Of a stretch of 64,000 bases of DNA, positions 57,172 through 64,000 are shown in pieces (position 1 is the stretch's first letter; every line of letters starts with the position of its first letter). Source of the stretch: a virus. A program made the position numbers and the translations under genes. The stretch lies in IMG/VR virus record IMGVR_UViG_3300032093_000017, one strand, 5' to 3'. The notes below the pieces were generated by a model. That model saw nothing but the letters and a program-made list of their open reading frames with translations. It ran no database searches and was not told where the DNA came from.

Positions 57172-58855
57172 TTTTTTATCATCTGGAAATCAACCTACAC
57201 AAATTAATCTTTCAGAAAATCAAACAACATTAATTGTGGGGTCTAATGGTTCTGGAAAAAGTACCTTATTAGATGCTTTGTGTTTTGTGTTGTTTAATAA
57301 AGCATTCCGAAAAATTACAAAACCTCAACTTATAAATTCAACTAATTCTAAAGATTGTTTGGTTGAAATAGAGTTTAGTATTGGCACTAAAGAATATAAA
57401 GTAGTAAGAGGAATTAAACCAAATATTTTTGAGATTTGGGTAGATGGAGTTTTGCAAAACCAATCCTCGGCTACGGTGGACCAGCAAAAACAACTAGAAG
57501 AGAGTATTCTTAAATTGAATTATAAGTCATTTACTCAAATTGTTATTTTGGGAAGTGCATCTTTTGTTCCCTTTATGCAACTTTCTGCTTCAACAAGAAG
57601 AGAAATTGTTGAAGATTTGTTGGACATAAAAATATTTTCCTCTATGAATTCTGTAATTAAAGATAAAATTCGTAAAATCAATGAAGAAATAAAGGACTCA
57701 TCTTTTATTGAAAAGACAACAGAAGAAAAAATTGAGATGCAAAAGAGTTTTATTGAGGAACTTGAGAATCGTGGTAATGCCAACATAAATGCCAATAAGG
57801 AAAAGATTGCCAAGTTAAATACTGAAATTGACAATTATGAGGCAGATAATGATGCCATAGGATATGGTCTTAAGGGTCATCAAAAAGATCAAGAAGAACT
57901 CATTGGTGCTGATGATAAGTTAGTAAAACTAAACAATCTCAAAGGTAAAATCTCTCAGAAAGTATCTGTGATTACTAAAGAGCATAAGTTTTTTACTGAA
58001 AATACGGTCTGCCCTACTTGCACTCAAACAATTGAAGAAGAGTTTCGGTTAAATAGAATTACAGACGCTCAAAATAAAGCAAAGGAACTCCAGAAAGGGT
58101 TTCAAGAACTTGAGGAGACTATAAAGTTAGAACAAGAGCGAGAGCGTCAATTTGTTGTTCTTTCTAAGGAGATCACTAAACTTACATATGAAATTTCTCA
58201 AAACAATACTCGGATCAGTTTCAATCAAAGACAAATCCGAGAACTTGAATATGAAATTCAAACTATTACCGACAAAAGTAAAAACAGAACTTCTGAGAGA
58301 GATGAATTAAAAAAGTTAGAAAAACAACTTATTGAAATAACGAAGAATAAAGTTAAACATAAAGAAAATATTTCTTATTATGATTTTTTGCATTTATTGA
58401 TGAAAGATGGTGGAATTAAGGCAAAAATTATACAAAAATATTTGCCTTCTATGAATCAACTTATCAACAAATATTTGCAATTGATGGACTTTTATATCAA
58501 TTTTACTTTTGATGAAGAATTTAAAGAAATAATCAAATCCCCAATTTATGAGGACTTTAGTTATGATTCCTTCAGTGAAGGAGAAAAGATGAGAATTAAT
58601 CTTGCAATTTTATTTACTTGGAGAGAAATTGCAAGACTTAAAAATTCTGTAAATACTAATCTTCTTATTCTAGATGAAGTATTTGATAGTTCTTTAGATT
58701 TTGCTGGAACTGATTATTTTACAAAAATTATTAAGTTTATGATTAGCAATACTAATGTATTTGTCATATCACATAAGACAGATGAATTAATTGATAAATT
58801 TGACAAAGTGATTAAATTTGAAAAAGTTAAAGGATTCAGCAAAATGGTTGACTGA
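57140..58855 (+). CDS. gp46: recombination ATPase gp46 (Rad50/SbcC-like)
   Basis: GSNGSGKS, CPTC zinc hook, FSEGE signature, LILDE, SH. Confidence 0.96.
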   Translation: MILFKKISYRNFLSSGNQPTQINLSENQTTLIVGSNGSGKSTLLDALCFVLFNKAFRKITKPQLINSTNSKDCLVEIEFSIGTKEYKVVRGIKPNIFEIWVDGVLQNQSSATVDQQKQLEESILKLNYKSFTQIVILGSASFVPFMQLSASTRREIVEDLLDIKIFSSMNSVIKDKIRKINEEIKDSSFIEKTTEEKIEMQKSFIEELENRGNANINANKEKIAKLNTEIDNYEADNDAIGYGLKGHQKDQEELIGADDKLVKLNNLKGKISQKVSVITKEHKFFTENTVCPTCTQTIEEEFRLNRITDAQNKAKELQKGFQELEETIKLEQERERQFVVLSKEITKLTYEISQNNTRISFNQRQIRELEYEIQTITDKSKNRTSERDELKKLEKQLIEITKNKVKHKENISYYDFLHLLMKDGGIKAKIIQKYLPSMNQLINKYLQLMDFYINFTFDEEFKEIIKSPIYEDFSYDSFSEGEKMRINLAILFTWREIARLKNSVNTNLLILDEVFDSSLDFAGTDYFTKIIKFMISNTNVFVISHKTDELIDKFDKVIKFEKVKGFSKMVD

Positions 58856-58876
58856 TTCCAAGTTAACTGATATGAT
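58848..58876 (+). promoter_or_regulatory. sigma70-type promoter
   Basis: TTGACT-17-TATGAT with extended -10 TG. Confidence 0.65.
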
Positions 58877-58957
58877 TGATGAAGGTTATTATGACTTTCC
58901 CTAATTATGTTTGGACCAGAAGATTAACGCAACCGTGCAAATAAATTCACACCCATT

Positions 58958-59305
58958 ATGAATGATCATAATGGACTAAATGATATTACAAAAAAACCTA
59001 CTTTTATGACCGAAAACACAAATACTAATGGTTTCTGGAAATACAATGAAGATAAAATCCTGAAACAACTTGAAGAATATATTGCTGGCACTTATAATCA
59101 GCATTATCTTGATAAGAGTTCTGGTGGAACAGAACAGACACAGGATAAAATCAAACACAATCGTCGTGAAGGTTTCTTTGCTGGCAACATTACTAAGTAT
59201 GCTGATCGTTATGATACCAAAGGAACTCCTCGTGCTGACTTGTTCAAAGTATTGCACTATACTATTCTTTTGATCAATCATCTCAATCTCGTTGAAAATA
59301 AGTGA
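58958..59305 (+). CDS. DUF3310-like (T7 gp1.7-like) protein
   Basis: HY...F.AGNITKY..RY..KG....DL.K..HY pattern. Confidence 0.65.
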   Translation: MNDHNGLNDITKKPTFMTENTNTNGFWKYNEDKILKQLEEYIAGTYNQHYLDKSSGGTEQTQDKIKHNRREGFFAGNITKYADRYDTKGTPRADLFKVLHYTILLINHLNLVENK

Positions 59306-59322
59306 AACTGAAACCAAAAATT

Positions 59323-59988
59323 ATGAAACTTTCTGAAACTACTCTCACTATTCTAAAAAACTTTTCTTCAATTAATCAGTCTATTTTGGTTAAGGAAGGT
59401 TCCAAACTTCGCACAATTTCTGTGATGAAAAATATTCTTGCGGAAGCAGAAATTAACGAAGAGTTTCCAAAGGACTTTGCAATTTATGACCTCAATCAAT
59501 TTCTAAATGGTCTTGGGTTGCATCAAGATCCAGATCTTGATTTTGAAAATGATTCCCACGTAATTATTCGTGAAGGAAAACGTAGGGTAAAATATTTCTT
59601 TGCTGATCCTGAAGTGATTGTGTCACCACCAGAAAAGGAAATTTCTCTTCCATCGCAGGATGTTTGTTTTCAATTAGAACATTCTCAAATGGAAAAATTG
59701 ATTAAAGCATCTGCAGTTTATCAACTTCCAGATCTTTCTGTTATTGGTGAGAATGGTGTAATTAAACTGGTGGTTCGTGACAAAAAGAATGATACTTCCA
59801 ATGAATATTCAATTATTGTAGGTGAAACTAATAAAACATTCACGTTCAATTTTAAGGTGGAAAACATTAAGATTATTCCTGGTGCCTATGACGTTATAGT
59901 GTCTTCTAAACTTTTGTCACAATTTAAGAATAACAAGTACAATCTTTGCTACTATATTGCTCTTGAACCCGATTCTTCTTTTGAATGA
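59323..59988 (+). CDS. gp45: sliding clamp gp45
   Basis: MKLSETTLTILKNFSSINQS, FAIYDLNQFL, YYIALE. Confidence 0.95.
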   Translation: MKLSETTLTILKNFSSINQSILVKEGSKLRTISVMKNILAEAEINEEFPKDFAIYDLNQFLNGLGLHQDPDLDFENDSHVIIREGKRRVKYFFADPEVIVSPPEKEISLPSQDVCFQLEHSQMEKLIKASAVYQLPDLSVIGENGVIKLVVRDKKNDTSNEYSIIVGETNKTFTFNFKVENIKIIPGAYDVIVSSKLLSQFKNNKYNLCYYIALEPDSSFE

Positions 59989-60497
59989 ACATCTTTGCAA
60001 CTTGCCCTTGGCCTGCTGAAAGTGCTATTTGTCTTCCCGATAAACATATCGTCAAGATGCCTCTGGAATGCTGCCAAATGCTTTCTATTGTGGCATCTAA
60101 AAAATGGGGTCATAATTATGGAACACTTCCTAAAGCAGATGGAACTCCTTATGCAACTGAAAAAGGTGCTTTTCGTAATCACCCCTGCACTAAATGGGCA
60201 TCAGAAACTATTGATAATGCCTATTGGTTGATTAAGCACGGAATGAATTTATGTGATGAATATCATTTAAGATATGGAAAACAACATTCGTGCTATAATA
60301 CTTTACTTCAAGCATATTATATTTTTCCAAAAGGAAAAATAGATAATATAACTCCATTTGCTCGTGCTATGCCTGATGAGTATAAACTTGATACAAGCAT
60401 TGACACTTTTACTGCTTACAAGATGTATATCGCATCCAAACCTTGGGTTGCATCTAATTATCTTCGTATGCCTCAACGAAAACCTGAATGGATCTAA
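59985..60497 (+). CDS. pyrimidine-dimer DNA glycosylase family protein (DenV-like)
   Basis: MNIF...DKHIVKMPLE..QML, NHPCTKW, EYHLRYGKQH, AMPDEYK. Confidence 0.7.
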   Translation: MNIFATCPWPAESAICLPDKHIVKMPLECCQMLSIVASKKWGHNYGTLPKADGTPYATEKGAFRNHPCTKWASETIDNAYWLIKHGMNLCDEYHLRYGKQHSCYNTLLQAYYIFPKGKIDNITPFARAMPDEYKLDTSIDTFTAYKMYIASKPWVASNYLRMPQRKPEWI

Positions 60498-60500
60498 ATT

Positions 60501-61445
60501 ATGACAAGTGAATTTCTTTTTGTGGAGAAGTACCGTCCTAAAGTAATTGAGGACTGTATTCTTCCTGATGATACTAAAAAAACATTTAAGGAGTTTGTGG
60601 AGAAGGGTGAGATTCCCAATCTCCTTCTCGCAGGACCTCCTGGTATTGGTAAAACTACAATCGCAAAAGCATTGTGCAATGAATTGGGAGCAGATTATTA
60701 TGTCATCAACGGATCCGACGAAGGACGTTTCTTGGATACTGTACGAAACCAAGCAAAGAACTTCGCTTCGACCGTCTCACTTACGGGATCTTCTAAACAC
60801 AAAGTCATCATCATCGATGAAGCTGATAACACAGGAAACGACGTACAACTCCTACTACGGGCGAATATTGAGGCATTTTATAATAACTGCAGATTTATCT
60901 TCACCTGCAATTATAAAAACAAAATCATTGAACCTCTCCATTCCCGATGTGCAGTCATTGATTTCGCAATCAAAGGAAAACAGAAAGCACAACTCGCAGG
61001 AAGTTTCTTCAAGAGAGTTCTCCAAATCTTGGATCAGGAAAAAATTGAGTACGATCAAAAAGTCGTTGCTGAACTTGTATCCAAGCACTTTCCTGACTTC
61101 AGGAGAGTCCTTAATGAATGCCAAAGGTATTCTACTGGAGGAAAAATAGACTCTGGCATTCTTGTATCTTTTTCGGACGTTACTGTAAATGAACTTGTTA
61201 AACATCTTAAAGAAAAAAATTTCTCAGAAGTCCGAAAGTGGGTGGTCTCCAACTTGGACAATGATTCTTCTGTCATTCTTCGCAGGGTTTATGACACCCT
61301 TTATAGTGTTCTACTCCCCCAGTTTATCCCCGCTGCCGTTCTTGTTATTGCTAAGTATCAATACCAATGTGCGTTCGTGGCTGATCAAGAAATTAACCTC
61401 CTAGCAGCATTAACTGAAATTATGTGTGAGTGTGAATTTAAATGA
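60501..61445 (+). CDS. gp44: clamp loader large subunit gp44
   Basis: VEKYRP, GPPGIGKTT, IIDEAD, SRC motif. Confidence 0.96.
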   Translation: MTSEFLFVEKYRPKVIEDCILPDDTKKTFKEFVEKGEIPNLLLAGPPGIGKTTIAKALCNELGADYYVINGSDEGRFLDTVRNQAKNFASTVSLTGSSKHKVIIIDEADNTGNDVQLLLRANIEAFYNNCRFIFTCNYKNKIIEPLHSRCAVIDFAIKGKQKAQLAGSFFKRVLQILDQEKIEYDQKVVAELVSKHFPDFRRVLNECQRYSTGGKIDSGILVSFSDVTVNELVKHLKEKNFSEVRKWVVSNLDNDSSVILRRVYDTLYSVLLPQFIPAAVLVIAKYQYQCAFVADQEINLLAALTEIMCECEFK

Positions 61446-61648
61446 GTTTTTATAAAATTAATAAGACATCTTTTCATGAGATTCCAGCAAAAACAACACC
61501 ACAGAATGTTCAAGAAGCAAATGAAGGTTTGTTTCGGGCAAAGATGACTCTTCCTGCTGCTGCAAAACATTGTGGTATGACACAGAAAGAAATGAAACTT
61601 ACTTTTTTTGAGTACTTAAAGTACAATAGACCTGATTATGAAAGTTGA
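61442..61648 (+). CDS. small hypothetical protein (possible HTH)
   Basis: MTLPAAAKHCGMT pattern; coupled to neighbours. Confidence 0.65.
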   Translation: MSFYKINKTSFHEIPAKTTPQNVQEANEGLFRAKMTLPAAAKHCGMTQKEMKLTFFEYLKYNRPDYES

Positions 61649-62024
61649 ACTTAAAGATTGGTTGAATTCAATAAATCAAACAAAAAATAATTTAATTGAT
61701 GAAAATATAGAACTAGAAAAAGAATATCCTCCTTACATTATTAATCGGTGTTTTTCTGGGCACATTGATGCAATAATGTTTGCAAATGAAATGAACAGAT
61801 TTCATTTTCTTCCCAAAAAAATGCAATATGATTTTTATATAAATATTTTGAGGAAAAAGAAAAGATTTTCTCCTTGGATTCGTAAAGATGCAATTAAAGA
61901 TATTGATTGCGTTAAACATTATTATGGATACAGCGATGAAAAGGCAAAACAAGCTTTGAAAATTTTAACAAAAGAGCAAATCAATTTTATAAAATCAAAA
62001 TTTGAAACTGGAGGAATGAAATGA
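61638..62024 (+). CDS. gp62: clamp loader small subunit gp62
   Basis: YPPYIINRCFS, KKRFSPW, YYGYS. Confidence 0.92.
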   Translation: MKVELKDWLNSINQTKNNLIDENIELEKEYPPYIINRCFSGHIDAIMFANEMNRFHFLPKKMQYDFYINILRKKKRFSPWIRKDAIKDIDCVKHYYGYSDEKAKQALKILTKEQINFIKSKFETGGMK

Positions 62025-62461
62025 CTACTATTGTTGAACCTATTGTGAATTGGACACCAGAACACATGATTGAAGTGGTTCTTAATGAACCAGATGACTT
62101 CCTCAAAGTTCGTGAGACACTGACCAGAATTGGAGTGGCATCACGAAAAGAGAAGAAAATCTATCAGTCCTGTCATATCCTTCATAAGCAAGGTCGTTAT
62201 TATATTGTTCACTTTAAAGAACTTTTTGCACTTGATGGCAAGTATGCAAATTTAACTTTAAATGATATTCAGAGGAGAAATAGAATTATTCAACTATTAT
62301 CAGATTGGGGGTTGATTACAGTCGTTAAAGTTGAAAAGATTGTAGATATTGCTCCTCTAAATCAAATTAAAGTTATTTCTTATAAGGACAAGGGAGACTG
62401 GATTTTAGAAACCAAATACAATATTGGTGCTAAGAAGAAAAAGGTTGAGGAAACCGAATAA
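62021..62461 (+). CDS. regA: translational repressor RegA
   Basis: DDFLKVRETLTRIG, QSCHILHKQGRYYIVHFKELF. Confidence 0.96.
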   Translation: MTTIVEPIVNWTPEHMIEVVLNEPDDFLKVRETLTRIGVASRKEKKIYQSCHILHKQGRYYIVHFKELFALDGKYANLTLNDIQRRNRIIQLLSDWGLITVVKVEKIVDIAPLNQIKVISYKDKGDWILETKYNIGAKKKKVEETE

Positions 62462-62467
62462 AAAGAG

Positions 62468-62493
62468 GACGGGTTTCCAACCCGTCTTTTTTT
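62468..62493 (+). terminator. intrinsic terminator after regA
   Basis: GACGGGTT-TCC-AACCCGTC followed by T7. Confidence 0.85.
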
Positions 62494-62569
62494 GTGATCT
62501 TTTATAATTATATACGGATGCCGTAAGGATCCACAAAACGTAAACCTCGCTTTTAAAGGAGATACCATA

Positions 62570-63010
62570 ATGACTAACCTTGCAACATCACGGTTTACTG
62601 CGTCCGATCTTCCCGCTTTGATGGAAAGAATCACTCGCAATAGTATTGGAATGGACGAATATTTTGATCGTCTATTTAATCTTCACGAAACTACAAATAA
62701 CTATCCACCTTATAATCTAGTTCAGGTAAATAATGTGGAGTCTCTTTTAGAGATTGCACTTGCCGGATTCAAGAAGGAAGAGGTGAATGTTTTCACAGAG
62801 TATGGAAAACTTTTTGTCGAAGGGCAAAAATCAGATACAGAATCGGATAGAAAGTTTGTCCACAAGGGTCTGGCTCAACGAAGTTTTAAAAGGATATGGA
62901 CTCTCTCCGACGACACCGAAGTCCGAGAAGTCATCTTTGAAGATGGATTACTTACCATTCGATTAGGAAAGATTGTTCCAGAACATCATAGTCGCAAAGA
63001 TTACCTCTAA
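62570..63010 (+). CDS. hsp20: small heat shock protein
   Basis: YPPYN, LEIALAGF, HKGLAQRSF, DGLLTI alpha-crystallin motifs. Confidence 0.95.
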   Translation: MTNLATSRFTASDLPALMERITRNSIGMDEYFDRLFNLHETTNNYPPYNLVQVNNVESLLEIALAGFKKEEVNVFTEYGKLFVEGQKSDTESDRKFVHKGLAQRSFKRIWTLSDDTEVREVIFEDGLLTIRLGKIVPEHHSRKDYL

Positions 63011-63045
63011 ATACTTAAGGCTGCCCTACAAATATTGTTGCCGCA

Positions 63046-63088
63046 GGGAGGTAACTGGCAAAAACCAGTTTGACACCTCCCTTTTTTT
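63046..63088 (+). terminator. extended hairpin terminator with embedded sigma70 -35
   Basis: GGGAGGT..AACTGG/CCAGTT..ACCTCCC plus T7; TTGACA(63070)-17-TAAAAT(63093) overlaps it. Confidence 0.7.
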
Positions 63089-63118
63089 GTAGTAAAATCT
63101 TAAAAAAGGTATGATAAA

Positions 63119-63490
63119 ATGACTGTAAAACTTGCGATATTGAAATCTGGAGAAGATGTGATTGCAGACATTAAAGAATTGGTTTCAGACGAAGAAAAAG
63201 TAATTTCTTATGTCTTTTCAAATCCATTTGTAGTTAAACTAATTGAACCAGAAATTTTAACAAATGATGATCAATCAACAGTAAACAGACAATATGGTTT
63301 GTCTGTTTATCCGTGGATTCCACTTACTGAACAAAAAGACATTGTAGTAAATCCAGATTGGATTGTCACTGTTGTGGAACCTGCTACAACTTTAAAAAAA
63401 TCTTATGAGGAAAAAAATTATGGAAGAGGCAACAAAGAGTCAAGTGATTCAAGTTCTGATACTACAGAATCAGTTGAATTTAATAACTGA
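63119..63490 (+). CDS. conserved hypothetical protein (possible Sm-like fold)
   Basis: VKLAILKSGEDVIA, PWIPL, DWIVTVVEP. Confidence 0.75.
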   Translation: MTVKLAILKSGEDVIADIKELVSDEEKVISYVFSNPFVVKLIEPEILTNDDQSTVNRQYGLSVYPWIPLTEQKDIVVNPDWIVTVVEPATTLKKSYEEKNYGRGNKESSDSSSDTTESVEFNN

Positions 63491-63692
63491 AATTGAAGAA
63501 GTTCTTGTTGAATTTGGTGAACCAAATTGCAAATTGACAAAACCATATTTGATTTCTGATGATGGAAGTCTTTCTCCTTGGTTGAAGTCATTTACAAATG
63601 ACACAGAAATTATGATGAGTTCTGATAAGATTTTAACTCTTATTGAACCAAACGGAAAATTACTTGATGAATATACTGAACTTACAAAATGA
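63420..63692 (+). CDS. conserved hypothetical protein
   Basis: GEPNCKLTKPY, SDKILTLIEP; ATGA overlap with polymerase. Confidence 0.7.
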   Translation: MEEATKSQVIQVLILQNQLNLITEIEEVLVEFGEPNCKLTKPYLISDDGSLSPWLKSFTNDTEIMMSSDKILTLIEPNGKLLDEYTELTK

Positions 63693-64000
63693 GATTTTAT
63701 ACCAACGTCTATGAAAAATTTAATAAAATGTTGGTCCGTGGTTATGAAGACGGTAGGTATTTTCAGTCAGAGGAAGAATTTCAACCAACTCTTTATGTAA
63801 CTTCTAAAAAACAAAGTAAGTATAAAACTCTTGATGGGTTGAATGTTGAACCAATTCAACCTGGAAAGATTTCTGATTGTAAGGATTTTTTAAAGAAATA
63901 TGAAAATGTAGAAGGATTTACTGTTTATGGTAATGATAATTACAAAGCACAATATATTTCTGAAACTTATCCAGAAGATGAAATTAAGTTTGATATTAAA
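63689..64000 (+). CDS. gp43: DNA polymerase gp43, N-terminal part (runs off window)
   Basis: MRFYTNV...LVRGY...FQPTLYV...YISETYP; open to window end; usual position downstream of regA/hsp20. Confidence 0.88.
   Translation, partial: MRFYTNVYEKFNKMLVRGYEDGRYFQSEEEFQPTLYVTSKKQSKYKTLDGLNVEPIQPGKISDCKDFLKKYENVEGFTVYGNDNYKAQYISETYPEDEIKFDIK

Noticed and set aside
38989-58855. Introns/inteins or homing endonucleases in gp17, gp20, gp23, uvsW, gp46
   Set aside because: ORFs are continuous and of normal length, with no intein or endonuclease motifs seen
60547-61149. 200-aa alternative-frame ORF inside gp44
   Set aside because: No SD or recognisable motifs; explicable by locally higher GC and codon usage of gp44
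1-64000. tRNA/rRNA genes, integrase, transposase
   Set aside because: None recognised by eye in intergenic gaps or ORFs; a tRNAscan/Infernal run would be needed to exclude them fully

Overview
AT-rich 64-kb segment of a T4-like myovirus. Gene content and order match cyanomyoviruses (Kyanoviridae-like); a cyanobacterial host is inferred. Essentially all genes are on the + strand. Layout: (1) 1-1391, a run of tiny hypothetical genes; (2) 1392-2690, a 1.3-kb structured non-coding locus; (3) 2691-5402, small conserved genes including a GT-A-like glycosyltransferase and speD; (4) 5440-33936, baseplate/tail module (gp25, gp6, a giant gp7-like protein apparently split around two repeat-rich fibre genes, gp8, a DUF4815-like protein); (5) 33940-52968, neck, terminase, tail and head genes (gp13-23, gp3); (6) 52974-64000, recombination/replication/regulation genes (uvsY, uvsW, gp55, gp47, gp46, gp45, denV-like, gp44, gp62, regA, hsp20, start of gp43). 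The most striking unexplained structure is the non-coding locus. It holds six perfect cyanobacterial-type DnaA boxes (TTTTCCACA) in about 180 bp, a near-consensus leftward sigma70 promoter firing into an AT-rich tract, a long hairpin, a G-quadruplex motif, 15 co-oriented TTCGT pentamers and a ~121-bp degenerate repeat, at an apparent GC-skew switch. This suggests a composite host-DnaA-engaging origin or a DnaA-titration site. All calls come from reading the sequence; no searches were run.
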